This document shows, in pieces, positions 39,341-52,497 of a DNA stretch of 64,000 nucleotides (within the stretch, counting starts at the first letter, position 1; every line of letters starts with the position of its first letter). Source of the stretch: Lytechinus pictus (taxonomy: Eukaryota); contig NC_087251.1 in the NCBI RefSeq assembly GCF_037042905.1, positions 5,768,001 through 5,832,000 on the forward strand. Direction: 5' to 3'. Under the pieces are notes generated by a model. That model was not told where the DNA came from. It did no database searches and saw only the letters and a list, made by a program, of their open reading frames with translations. The translations under genes and the position numbers were made by a program.

Positions 39341-40995
39341 TATTAAAGATTGTGTGATCTCAATATGAGTGGGTTCGAGTCCCACTCTTGAAACAATAGT
39401 GTTGTGTGTTAGCATGCCTCACAGTTCATTGCTACATGTAACTTGAATGCAGTTGGAAAACACTTTGTCTATTGGAAAAGACACAAATATTCTTCCTGTG
39501 TATCATGTAGAATCACAACCTATGCATGTTTAAAACCAGAGTAGGGTGTTTATTGCACCTGTCACTCCCAGCATACTATATAATGGTAAGATACATATAA
39601 TACACCCAAAATGAAAGGTGGTTTGTACTAAAAATGGAAGAAAAACAATATTTTGGTGGAAAGAAGTTAATCATTTCATACTCCAGGCTGAAAATGATTT
39701 GAACAGATAACGCAATATCAGAGAAACAACTTTATGCCACTTTAAAGCTTTGCATTATTTTGGTATTATAACAGTTGTAAGCATGTCCTTCTATATGTAT
39801 GTTAATATGCAATGATCAAGCTGATGATGTCTATTCCAACATCCTTTTGTATATACAAATTTTATCCACCAAGAATATAGAAAAATAGAATGTCAACCGA
39901 TTTAATGCATTTATATTAATTCCTGCAACTTACTTTGCTAATAGTACAAGGGAGTCATATCATAAAAACATGTATGAAAATATCCAATAATTTGATTCCA
40001 TGTAATAACATACATGTAAGAAAAGAGAAAACATCATTAGCCCACCTAATGAATATTTATGATGGTGTGTGTATTTATAACTGTTTTCACAAAATATTGT
40101 TAGAATTTAAGATTCAATATTTTTGTCATTTGTTAACCATATTTTTATGAAATTTCCAGCATTTTACTTTGTGATTTTACTATTTTTATTTATTCAACTT
40201 GAAATACCCCTTTAATCTAGAGAGAGGGTTTGTCTTGCAAAAATCCGATGTTGGTAGAAAATGTGTAAATATACATGTACTCAATGAAATTATAAGATTT
40301 CAAATAAATTTTTGAATCTTGTCTGATGCTCCTGAATATTCATCATAATCTTTCTTGTAATGTACATGTACATGTATATGTATATGCACTATGGAGTTGT
40401 TATATTAATATCTTTGTTTAGTGTCTTTGATATGTTATCATTTTAATTGTCCTTATGCTATATTTTCATCAGTAATTCTAGAACATCAGCTGGTGAGGGG
40501 GGGGGGGAGGGCAGCCAGGTGATAGCAATTAAGTTTGCTCTCCTTTTTCCTGGCTGCCAACTGGGTGCATTGGGTAAATTGCAACTAAAAATTGCACTTT
40601 AATGATCTGTTTTTAAATTGATTTTGTAACTACATTAATAATGTGTTTGAATTGCCGAATAAGTAATAAATTATAAATAGTATGCACAGACTTATGGGGC
40701 ATTGCCAAAACTTCTGTTCAATTGCAAGTTAAGCTTCAAGTATGGGGTGCTGGAAGGAAAGTTGAGTTCTAGTTTAACCCCAATCTAGAAAAAAATTGCA
40801 TTTAATCAAATGATTAAACGCTTTATTTAGAATTGAATTTAAGTTTATTGCAACGCGCATCGACCATTCAGGAAAGACACCATGCGGCTACCAGATTTTT
40901 TCGTTTGACTTTCATCACTTATTCAGCTAGACTTTGCATAGGTCGTGCTCTCATTATTTTCAAACTCATTTTCTTCACCCCTTTCATCTTGACAG

Positions 40996-41111
40996 AAATT
41001 CAAGTACAAAATGGCAACCCCCTCCAAGAAAACACTGTATTGCTCAAGTCACAGGTGGACTAGAAGACATCTATACAAAGATAGAATCTGGTTGGCAAAA
41101 TGCAGATGAAG
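40996..41111 (+). CDS. Kinase gene exon, N-terminal to the kinase domain
   Basis: Pyrimidine-rich acceptor cttgacag| and donor G|gtaaaa. It encodes NSSTKWQPPPRKHCIAQVTGGLEDIYTKIESGWQNADE, and its phase-1 end matches the next exon. Confidence 0.7.
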
Positions 41112-41976
41112 GTAAAAGTTTGTGCCCCAGTGATTGTTTGTGTGTTTTATTTCCATATATAAAGTGATATAATACATACAAACTACATACATGTAAAACA
41201 TGAAATGATATAGGTCAAGGTTAGAATACAGTAACAAATGGTATATATGGCTGGTAATTCATATTCACCTGCAATATTGTATTGCTGCTGGTCTTCCATG
41301 GAGCCAGTTTACTTGAATAATGGATAATGATTAACGCAATGTATAGGAAGTTGACCATAAAAAATAAAAAATAATTAAAAAAAAATCTTATAACCCACAC
41401 CTAACCCCCCTTTTCCTGGTACAAATCATTGATTTAATTTCAATAGGCACAGATGTATTTCAAAAAGGTACTCTGAAAAGAACTGAAAGTGGTGACATTA
41501 CAAATTCCACTTTGCATACTGTGTCATTAGTTTTCACAAGAATAATTTTGCCTGTAATGTTTTGAATTATGCAAAGACTTGGTGGTCATTTTGCTTTATT
41601 ATTACAGGATAGGATATTATAGGATGATTTTGTCATTACTACCATGACAATGGTTTTTCCACAGAGATTTGAAATTTCAAATTGTGTCTGGTTCAGGTAT
41701 TGGTACATATTTGTAATGCATCACAAAATTGGTCAAATCACACTCGTGGGATGTATTCTACCCGACATAAATGAATGATATTAAATAACATGTGGGGTTT
41801 GGCAAAACATCACCTTAGATTTATTGGTCTCCAAGTATCTTTATTTTGATAATTTGAAGATATTAATTCACTATTTAGTGCATTGTGCTCTTCTTTACTT
41901 CAGATTTTTCAAAGTGCATCAATGAGGAAAATTTCTTCCAACCAAATTCTAAAGGTGAGAGCACTAGTATTTTACA

Positions 41977-42270
41977 AATAATAATAATAATAATATTGGT
42001 ATATTTACCCAGGGAAGCCACTTCAGTTCTGAAAACTGTTCTCCCAGCAGGCCCTGCTATCACTATTACCCATGTTTTAGCTGGGCTGCCTAGGCGCTCA
42101 AAGCATTCAAGGAATTTCTTCCTACCGGGTACCCATTCACCTCACCTGGGTTGAGTGCAGCACAGTGTGGATAAATTTCTTGCTGAAGGAAATTACGGCA
42201 TGGCTGGGAATCGAACCCACGACCCTATGTTTCAAAGTCAGAAGACTAATCCACTGGGCCAGAACGCTCC
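41977..42270 (-). mobile_element. tRNA-derived SINE, near full length
   Basis: Minus-strand head GGAGCGTTCTGGCCCAGTGGATTAG...GGGTTCGATTCCC (A/B boxes), central GCACTCAACCCAGGTGAGGTGAATGGGTACC, and a (TTA)n tail. Confidence 0.85.
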
Positions 42271-42669
42271 ACTGTGGGGATAATTTTTTTTTTCTTTCAG
42301 CTATATACATCAGAACTGTCACTGTCACTGTCACATTTTTAGTAAGATTTTTAAGGGAAAGTGACACTGAATACAATTTTTCCCATTTGAAAATCTTATA
42401 GGATTTTTGAAATTGTACATATTTAAGAATGTTATTATTTAGTATGGTTTTCCTTTCTTGAAATTTGAAACAAAAATAAGATATTAGGTTTTAATAGGAA
42501 TTAAAAAAAATTAAAAATACGGTTTTCCCCAACCAAGTCTGGCATCTCGGAAGTGATGTAGCAGAATGTAGATATTGATTGAAACCATTGATAAGATTTA
42601 ATGAAGTTAAATTTGATTTTTATTTTACTTTGTGGATTTCTCCTAATTTACTGGATTTTTTTTCAAAAG

Positions 42670-42821
42670 GAGGACTGCTAGCAGGGCGATACCAGGTAAT
42701 ACGTATACTTGGACGAGGTATTTCATCAACCATCTTACAAGCTCAGGATACATTTAGACCAGGTCTCTATGAAGTTGCCATTAAAGTTCTGAAACCAGAG
42801 TTCTACAGACTGGGCTATCAA
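42670..42821 (+). CDS. Ser/Thr protein kinase exon, subdomains I-II (CMGC, DYRK/PRP4/CLK-like)
   Basis: aag| acceptor and |gtaagt donor. It encodes GLLAGRYQVIRILGRGISSTILQAQDTFRPGLYEVAIKVLKPEFYRLGYQ, with a Gly-rich loop and the VAIK lysine. Confidence 0.9.
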
Positions 42822-43457
42822 GTAAGTATTGAGCATAGACTGTATGAAAAAGGAAAGCCCTGTTCATTTAAAACAAATTTGTAATCAGCCTCAGCTCTAT
42901 GATTACAATTAGGTATAAAGGACTGAAGGAACACATGAGAACAAGAAACATATGGAAATAAATTTGAAAATAAATTTACATGTTTTAGCATTCAAACATG
43001 ACTTCCTTTGCATGATCTACATCTTATTTTGAACTTAATGTTGTAAAGCTGCCTGAGGTGAAAACAATATTTCTACTGAATGAATCTGGAAAAAAAATAA
43101 GGCATGTATGGCAATAAGAATGATGATGGTGATAACAAAATATCAACCAGAGCATCAACATAAAAGCAACAAATTTTTATACAATGACGTAGATAGAATT
43201 ATTGCAAGTATTTGATATATTTTAAGTGCATTTAAATGGAATAAGTAAGTCAAGATAAATAGTATGTAACATGTATTATGTTTTGTACCAGAACATTTTG
43301 CTAGTTAACCAAAAAAATTTATAACTTGTAGAATATGATGAATTTTAATGCCAGAACAGTATACTAACCGAAACAAATTTATAATTTGTGCAGTAACATG
43401 AATGTGAAAATGAATATAACATGCATTAAACTATTCCTTCTTATTAACCTATATCAG

Positions 43458-43526
43458 GAGAGCCACCTTATTGCAGAGCTGAATAAGGCAGATAGTCATA
43501 ACTTCTGTGGAATCGTCAGATTGTTG
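43458..43526 (+). CDS. Kinase exon, subdomains III-IV
   Basis: cag| and |gtaagt boundaries, 69 nt, phase 0/0. It encodes ESHLIAELNKADSHNFCGIVRLL (alphaC Glu, IVRL). Confidence 0.88.
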
Positions 43527-44545
43527 GTAAGTAATACTATTTATTTTTCAAAAATGCCAATATTCCAAACAACTTTTTTGTCATGCCTGTTTGGTCAACT
43601 TCATTGGCTTTGTATTACTTTGGTGATTTGCCTCCTCCTTTGCTGATGAGAGATATACATCTTTTGCTGCATTTTTTTATAGTTGATATTGCTACCTTGA
43701 CAATGAGCGTCACAAGTCACCAAATTCACTTATCTCTTCCTTCCTGAGATATATTGCAATCACAATTTTCTATCAGATATGGATTTGAACAAGATTAACT
43801 TTGAGTATAACCATAGATATCCCTAAATTTCTAAAAGGAAATTCTTAATTTAGGTAGATATACATGTAGTTCAGTTTTAGTTGTAGGTTAAATATGCTGT
43901 CAGAAGGCTCACATTTGTAATGAATAATAATACTGTTTGTGACAGGTTTAGACATGTGCAACTAAATTTATCTAATAGCTATGAGTGGGTGAGTTAAACA
44001 ACTTAGAAGACAAAGGATTTTTGTACTTTTTTTATTGAAGTTAGGAACTTTTGTATATTGAACACATTGCAATTGTGCGGGCAGTGATGGTAGTCTCAAC
44101 ATGAGTTAAAACAGAGTCCAATTAAATGACTGTCTAAGTATTTGTATATGTATGAATAAAAATATATGCCAAATGATTCTGGTAGAAAGTAATAACACAC
44201 TGTCCCACTTGTGCTTATCTGTGTTTGCAATCTTCAGTGATCATTTTTTCAGCATGGATTTTAAGATTTCACAAAGTTAGGTTATATACCTCATCTATAT
44301 CTACAGTGATGTGGTGACAAATTTGACTTCAAAGATTTTCTCATGCAATCATTGTTTGCTGCAGTTAAATAAGTTTAGCTTTAAAGAGTTCTTGATCATG
44401 CATCATCAACTTTCACACAATACATGTAAGTAGTCAGTTTAAAGAAGCAAGTTATAATTGTCATGTTTAATGTACATTACATAAAGAGTATGAATAACAT
44501 GATATAAACTGATTCAATGCATTATTGGTGATGTTTTCCTTCCAG

Positions 44546-44644
44546 AATACATTTACACTAGGATCTTTTTTCTGTATGACATTTGAACTTCTACGACCTT
44601 GGCCCCTTCACCAAGTGTTCAAAAAGATTACTGACAAGAAAGAG
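44546..44644 (+). CDS. Kinase exon, subdomain V (hinge)
   Basis: ttccttccag| and |gtaagt boundaries, 99 nt, phase 0/0. It encodes NTFTLGSFFCMTFELLRPWPLHQVFKKITDKKE; CMTFELL is typical of DYRK/CLK/SRPK-type CMGC kinases. Confidence 0.88.
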
Positions 44645-47600
44645 GTAAGTTAAAAAACTCCAAAAATATTCAATTGAAAGTATTGATTTTGTAAGTATTT
44701 TTCTTAGCGGTTTACTTGGCGAAGCAAAATGCTTAAACTTGTATTCAGATCACATCTAAGTATTTTACTTTTATCGAGCCAAATTTAAACAAAATACTGA
44801 CTGGTAATAACCATTGTGATGTCATAAAATTTGAGCCAACTAACGTGCAATGTATGTATCCATCTGTACGCATAATATGTAATTATGTGTATCACATTTG
44901 TAAACTGCACGCAAGCCAGACCTAAGTTTGGTAGGCGGCTGACATAGAATTAAGCAAAATATTTAGCCAAAAAATGCAATTGAATACCAATGGTTGATAA
45001 GTACTTAAGCAAAATACTGAGTAAAATACTTAAAATTCTGGCTTAAGTATCAAGCTGAATACCGGCCCCGGTATGTAGGTGAGACCATGATTGTTAATAT
45101 TTCAATTTGCAGACTTTCAGTTTCATTATTTTCACTTAAAGAAATATTAGAAATAGAAGACACCTTGAAAATACATACCAGTACAAACAAAAAAAGTCCT
45201 ACTTTTTACAAAATGCAGTTGTTATTCAGTCTGCATATTATTCATTTGCTTCCTGATCATGCCTATGGCACAATTCTGTTGAAAAGTAAGAAAATAAAAT
45301 ATAAGTTCTCTCTAACTTTGTTTTTATGTTAAGTTTGAAGTATGTTGTCAAATGAAAAGGAAAGAGTTTTATTAGAGAGAGAGAGGGAGAGAGAGAGAGA
45401 AAGAGAAATAACAAAATAAGCATGGTGCTTAGATTCCATCGAAATCAGAAGTAATATTGGATAATGGCATTTTGGAGGGGAGAGATAAAGAGTAATTGGA
45501 GTAATAGTGTATTTGAAAAGATTCCTTTAAGTCTTGTTTTTACCACAAAGAAATCATGGGTTCAAGAAGGATTTGCAATCCAGGTACAGTATTGTGATGG
45601 TTAAATCATGCTTGTTAATGGAAGCTTTGATTGCTTTCCTCATTTTGAAGAAAATTTCTGTATCCCTGCCGTATTTAGTCTTATAAGAAACATTGTAATT
45701 TCAATCTGTATTTTGTGTATTATCTCTGCAGGAACCATTTAGCGAAGTATTTACATAAAAGGGAAAATTCTCTTGGGCTAAGCTTTCAAAGGATTTAAAT
45801 GGCATTACGTGATACATCAAAGCAATATCATTTCATAGAATAACTGTTGGCTTATTTCACTCACTTGATATCACATAATTTTTTTTAAAGATTCCAAGGT
45901 GCACACATTCTTGAGAATGTAGGAATCTATAGGCTAATTATCAGTTTGTTGACACTTCCTTAAAAATTAGTGTTAGCCGATACATACATTTTCCAATTAA
46001 GGCAACAATATACAGACTCAACTCAATAAATGATAAGGAAAATCCTACATGTATATCCTAGCTCTAATAAGGGAAGATATGGTACATTTAATAAAAAAAA
46101 ATTAGTGATCATTTCATCCCAATATGTAAGAAACACCATAATTATATAAATGTTATGGGAAACATTTCAGATTTTTTTCTTTTTTATTCCCGGATGCACT
46201 GTGAAGTTATAACATAGGCAATATTGTGTTTCTTGTATTTAGATGCTATTTAGTCATTAGTAGCAGATAAGAATATCTTGCGATCATCAGGTCTCCAGAG
46301 GAATAAACTTTTTCCAAGTCAGTAGGATTGAGAAGCAAAAAAACAAAAACAATATAAAAACAACAGAATACCTTCAAAATTTTGGGAAGGAATTGAATTT
46401 GTTTTGGTTCTGTCTCAATGCATTCAAGTAAAAAAAAAGACTCCCAGTAGGCCAGAACCATTTAATATGTATGGTTTGTCTAGATGTATTTGATGTACCC
46501 ACATATCTACAATAAAATCTCATAAATCTCTTTACTAACACTAATGATGTACATGTAACAATAAAAGGCATGAACTTTTAAACCATTTATGAGTACCAGT
46601 AGAAAGTTTGAAAGAGAAGTTGAACTCTAGTTCAACTTCCTTTCATAATTCAGAATATTTGGTAAGAAGTCTCAAGGTGCCATGCAACCAAATTTGATTT
46701 TTTTTGTTGATGTGCACATGTATGGATGCAAACAAATCATTTATCAAACAACTATATAAAAAAATATTTTCTGAACCATCACCTGGTCTTTGCAAAACAT
46801 GATGTTTTTCAGGATAGGTACAACTGAGACATGTAGAGATGAATGATAATCATGTACACTTCTTTCACTACATTTCATAATCAGAACAATTTTACAAAAT
46901 ACATTTTTTAAATGTCCCCTTTGAATTTTGATAACCTACAATCTTGCTTTTATTTTTTACTCATTATTATCTTAATGTATCAATTACATTTCTAAACAAG
47001 TAATGATAAATATTGATGGGAATAAATGTACTTCATCCAAGCTATTTTTGTATTTTTTTTAAAGTTTATTTTTATGTTTATGAATATTTCATTTAATTTC
47101 CAGGAACAGGTAACATATAATAATATGAAAAAAATGAAAACTTATTGATATACATGTATACGGTACATGTTTAACCAACGTAAACAACAACCAATGCCTT
47201 AGGAATCCCTGAAAAGAAATATTCTTGTTTAAAGGCTCTTGTCAGTGGGAAAAATAAGTTTGCGCCCCGGCCCACGCGGCAGGCTAGCCTCTGATTTCGG
47301 CCACTTTTAGACGTTTTCGGACACATTCGGAGATTGCTGGACTAGTCCGACAAATATACATGACGTACGAGGTTTGTGTACGATTGAATGGGGCTTACGG
47401 AATTGCACATTCTACTGTATCTCCCGATTGCTTTCCACTTTAAAAGTTGGTGGATCTAGTTCATAGAAATAGGACATAAGAGCAATCAAGTATCCTTGAA
47501 CATCCTGTGCCAGATTCAGGTCACGTGACCAAGGTCAAAGGTCATTTAGGGTCAACAAACTGGTAATGTTGGGGGTATTTGTGGAATTGTCATCATAACG

Positions 47601-50220
47601 TTAAAAGTTGATGGATCTACATACTTTTAGTTCATGAAACAGACATAACATCCTAGGTCACTTCAGATCAATGGACATAGTATTTTATTGTCATATGAAT
47701 GTTTTCCTTTGTGAATAATTATTCAATGGCTATTTTCAAAGTCAGCACTGATGCTATATCAAATCGCGTAATGCAGGAGAGACTGCCAGATGTGTTGCAC
47801 TTGTACATTTTAACAGTGGTCATATTTCATGTACACTGTGAGAGTTTTTCATTTTTGTTTCTACATAGAACTGTTTTAATACTAAATACTATCATTTTTT
47901 GTGATGATGTTTCATAAAAAAATATGATGGATTTGTTAGAGATTTTTTTATTGACATTTACCCCTTTTATATGTTCTTCCTGGAGCCAGGAGCCAGTAAG
48001 CCTATTTTGAACATTTAAATTAATAAAACATAAATAGGAATTACAGATCATGTATTTATATCAGGCAAAGAGATCATTACATCAAATGCACTTAATTTTA
48101 CACTTTGTTTTGATAAGGATTCTCTAATCTTTCTCAACTTTAGTTGGAAGTAAAGATAATGTGATCTCAGTGCATTTGATCAGTTTTTCAGTTGTAATGA
48201 AAGAAGAAAAGCAAAATCACCACATATCTTTTCACAACATACATAATTGTGATTGACAATGCATTATGAGAAATAGGTCATGTAATTCACTTACATGTAG
48301 CTTGATATTATATAGGATCATGCACCCTGTCACCTTTGTAAATGATATATAATGAAGTTGGAGCCTGTGTAATCATGGATTTCAATGTATGTTAGGTTTT
48401 TTTTTTTGGTTATATTTTCTTTACCAATACTCAACGGTAAACATGTCAGCTTTTTGCTGTAACACTAAAAAAAAATGAAAATAATGTTAATTGAATTTGA
48501 CATATTTTCTAAGAACAACTTTTAAAATTTTATTCGAGTTTCTTTTCTGAATATTCATTTGTTAGCTTCATTAAGGTAACTTTAATAATGATTGACTTGC
48601 CTAAATTTAGGCATACATCTCTTTTGTATGTTTGATTTGATTGTGATTGCTCTTATACCCTTCATTTAAAATCTACGCAATTTTTTTATAACTTCCTGAT
48701 GAATCAAAATATATTGAGTGGAGGCTTTAAATATTGATAGATAAACTGTTATTCAAAAATCAATTCAAACATTATCTACAAATTCAAAGTACATGTAAGT
48801 AGTGATAAAAACACAAATCATAAGATGTGTCTCTATGAAAGAGAAAAAGACAACACTGCCCTTCTGCTGAAGTTAATAAACTTGCTTTCAGACTTTTGCT
48901 AGTAAACCATTTCTTCTTTTGTTTTCCAGTGCAGTCTACTTCCCTCAAACTTTAAGAATCTTACAGAACTTGTCAAGTTTGATGAGATCAGTAATCTATT
49001 TTTCTCACTTCCTTATGTACAAGTCTGAGATATCATTAGCCTTATTACTTTCGCTGGCGTTTCATGTTTTTTTCTTAAAAAACAAATCCCGACCATTGTT
49101 CATTCATGGAACATGTGACTTAGATAGAAACTCATTGGTATTCTCAAGACATGGCAATCATTCAATTTTCATAGGAGGATGAATCTTTCAATCTGGTTCA
49201 CATGCATTGTACTTGTAGTGGAGTCAGACAGACTGTCTTGGCAGGCTTTTAGGCTAGCATGCCGGCAATCCAGCAAATGAATAAATTGTTTTTAATTGCT
49301 CAAGATGAATTGGAAATGTGGTTGTGGGAGGAGTGTAAAGAAGAAAACGCATCTTTTCATCTTCTTCTGACTACATGTCAGTTGCAATGGATGAAGATTA
49401 TGGATGGTTCTTAGCAGAAAGAAACATCTCAAGGCTTATTTCAATTCAAAGACTATTGATCAGAAATTGATGAATCCTGTCCATGCCACTCAGTTTGAAG
49501 GCATTTGTCAAAACAAAATAAAATAAAGTACAAATTAGAATTTTAAGAACTTCCTTTTTTCTACAAAGTTGTGAAAGATAAATTGCTGAAGGATAATACA
49601 ACAGAGTATGCATACCAATGTCAACCTTCCATAAGCTGAAATAATCACTTAAGTTGAATAAGATTTTCTGATCAGTTTCAGGAAAGCTTGATTATTTACC
49701 TCTTCCATGTTGAATTTTGCTTAAGTCAGACAAATAAATTTCACTTTTGACTAGTAAAGAGTCACCTGTGTATATTTAATTCTGTATTTTGTGATTGAAG
49801 AAATATTTTGATAACATTTGCTGCCAAAATTATGGTACTGTAGCTGGATTAATATACATGTAGTCTTAGATTAGGCCTATTGTGTACCTTAGGACCACAC
49901 TATAAATTTCTGTTCATGATTTTCAGTGAATTTTAGTGTATTTCTGAAGACAAAAAAGAGAGATAACAGTCACTTTATTCACGACCTGCACTGTCAGGTG
50001 TTAACCCCTCACTCCACTGCTGATGTAGCTGCTGCCCACTGGAAATTAACACACTGGCCAATGCACAGTTTTTGTTATGATAATTCAAAAGGCCCTGAAC
50101 AGTTTATCTCTGTAATTTCAAATACTAAAATGGATTCAGAACTTTGAAATTAAGCATTCTCCACTTGTATACATGTAGATAGCCTTCAAGCCGTCTATGC
50201 CATGTACACTACATGTAGTT

Positions 50221-51057
50221 TAGGGCTGTTATCGATAACCTATTTATCGCTAGTCTTGTCGATAATCACTTGTTTTTTGCCACTTAGCGATAACAATAAC
50301 CTTTCGCTCGTTGTCAATAATACCTGCTATTATGTAGGGACATGACAGTGATTTTCCGCGATTTCATGGAATTCACAGAAACGGCATTTTGAAAGTAGAT
50401 TTTCAAACGGAAAATCGCAGAAAACATATTTTACCTCAAAATGCACAGAACAGCAACAGAAATTACTCTAAAATCTCAACAAAATACAAATATTTACTAG
50501 CCACAAAACACGATCTCACTTCGCTATAATCATGACAATCCAAACATCGTGACTGCACTCGACTCCATTCGATCGTATTTCGAAAACACAAGCACAAGCT
50601 CAATTTTAGCAAAGTACCAACATACATGAGAAGGCAGCACACAGCCGTGTGTTGCTGCCCTCTGCGTTCAAAGATGTACAGCACGATATCAAAATTGCGG
50701 ATAGGCAAAAGACGTTGACTGCTCAGAACGATGTCCAAAAAGCCCCAAAATTATCAGTAAAACTTCATCCAACCCTAAAATAATGCTAATAACGTGAAAG
50801 GTGAGGATGTATTTATGCTAAATATGTTCATTAAAAGATGTTATGTAATCGTTTACATCCAATGAACGCGGATTTAAAAACGTTCTTGGTCCAGTGGCAG
50901 ATACAAATTTTGACCAACGCCAGTATTGTGTAATTGCTATAATGCATAAAAAATGTGTATTGATTACTTATGTTCTTTCGTTGATAGTTATCGATATCGG
51001 TAAGAAGTTTTTTTTGCAGAATAACGACAGAGAATTTTCTTAACAATAACAGCCCTA
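50221..51057. mobile_element. Non-autonomous hAT-like TIR element
   Basis: tagggctgttat ... ataacagcccta ends with subterminal gataac/gttatc motifs; no clear TSD. Confidence 0.65.
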
Positions 51058-51377
51058 CTATACCTATGAGAGGAAAAAGAGTATGCATTACCACAGGATT
51101 TCTAACTCACTATACTACTATTGTACTTACATGTAAATATTTGAAACAGATTTATGGACTGATTTAGACCCCTATATTAGACAAGAATGAAGAGGAGGAC
51201 AATACCTCTTTCCCACCTTGCTATTAAGAGTTTAAACAGTGGAATTAAAAAGTTTTTATCCAGTGATAGGCCCCATTTTCACTGTAGTGGTTTCATATCT
51301 TCTTTTGATTGCTTACACAAACTGTCTTTAATCCCCCATTTTTGTTTATTTTTCATTCACCCCAAGTTGGTATACAG

Positions 51378-52315
51378 CAGGGGTTCTCAAACTTTTTCTT
51401 TAAAGGGCGAGATGAGACTCTAAATAAACCTGAAAGGGCCAGGGTGAAGTGGATACTTAGAAAAAAAAATGTGCGCGAAGCGCGAAGACCCTTGCGGCCG
51501 GGGTCCTAGATGCTCTCTGGTGAATTCTGGCCCTTATTTTGGGAGAATTTAATCCAACAAATTTATAACAGTTTCATATAGAACAAAGGCAAAATTAGAA
51601 AAGATTTCAAAATACAGCAAGAGTCAATAGAAATGATAACAAAATTGTAGTACTTTGTTAAAAGGAATGTATATTGTACCTATGTCAATTTAACACATAC
51701 CTGTAATGGAAGAGACAGATAATGTTTTGTAGTAGGCCTATCAATATTTTTTTAGTCAAAGTAGATTGGCCAACACATTGGCCTTGTGCTCGATTGCGGC
51801 AAAATGAATGCATATTTCTCTGTCCATTGTTCATGGAAAACACGATTTTCAGCATCCACCTTTCTTTTCTTTGCAGAATTTGCTGCCATCTTGACCTAGC
51901 TAACAATTAATGATGACTTATGTATCCCTGAGAAAATCTGTTAAACTGAACCGGCAATTGAGTTTACATTTTAACCAAATTGATCGCGTGTTGGAATGTG
52001 TGCGCACGTGTTTTCAAATGCAACGTACGTGTTATCACGTTTGACGTGAAACTACTTTTTTTTCAATGTAGCACCGCGCTGGTCATCTAATAAGAAAGTA
52101 GTACAGACAGAAAAGACTCCACTAAACTTTGTTTAAAAGTCAAATTAATTTGACTGCCATTACTTTTATTACGGTTTCATGGATACACATTGTTATTGAG
52201 CTATGTTTCATATTGTGACTTAAAAAACAAACAAAAAATAGCAGAGTCTTGCGGGCCGGATAGGGTGGCTCCGTGGGCCGAATCCGGCCCGCGGGTCGTA
52301 GTTTGAGAACCCCTG
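51378..52315 (-). mobile_element. Internally deleted hAT (Charlie/Buster-type) transposon
   Basis: 16-bp TIR caggggttctcaaact / agtttgagaacccctg; perfect 8-bp TSD GTATACAG (51370-51377, 52316-52323) with central TA; transposase remnant inside. Confidence 0.92.
51773..51889 (-). pseudogene. N-terminal remnant of a hAT transposase (SPIN/GTF2IRD2/EPM2AIP1-like)
   Basis: ATG at 51889 gives MAANSAKKRKVDAENRVFHEQWTEKYAFILPQSSTRPMC, then similarity is lost and a stop follows. This matches the KRKVD.E.R.F...W...Y.F...P.C start of this transposase family. Confidence 0.75.
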
Positions 52316-52424
52316 GTATACAGTGTGAACTGAAACCAGCTTGGTAAATGAATTCTGATTTAACTTCCATTCAATATGATATGATGCACTTCTTATTTTC
52401 TGTGTATTTCAAATAAGTGATAAG

Positions 52425-52497
52425 GTATGTATGTATGTATGTATGTGTGTAAGTATGTGTGTTTGTGTATGTGTGTGTCTATGTATGTATGTATGTA
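52425..52497. repeat. (TATG)/(TG) compound microsatellite
   Basis: gtatgtatgtatg...gtgtgt runs. Confidence 0.8.

Noticed and set aside
39161..39415. Poly-Thr mucin-like ORF
   Set aside because: Translation of a (TAG)n microsatellite.
40833..40995. 5' extension of ORFs 40833 and 40934
   Set aside because: They use TTG starts, there is an in-frame TAG at 40928, and a strong acceptor at 40995 explains the exon start.
42195..42270. tRNA gene
   Set aside because: The A/B boxes are followed by a SINE body and (TTA)n tail, and a degenerate copy exists at 59317.
45732..45760. Next kinase exon after ctctgcag
   Set aside because: The phase-0 frame reads EPFSEVFT then stops, with no subdomain VI similarity.
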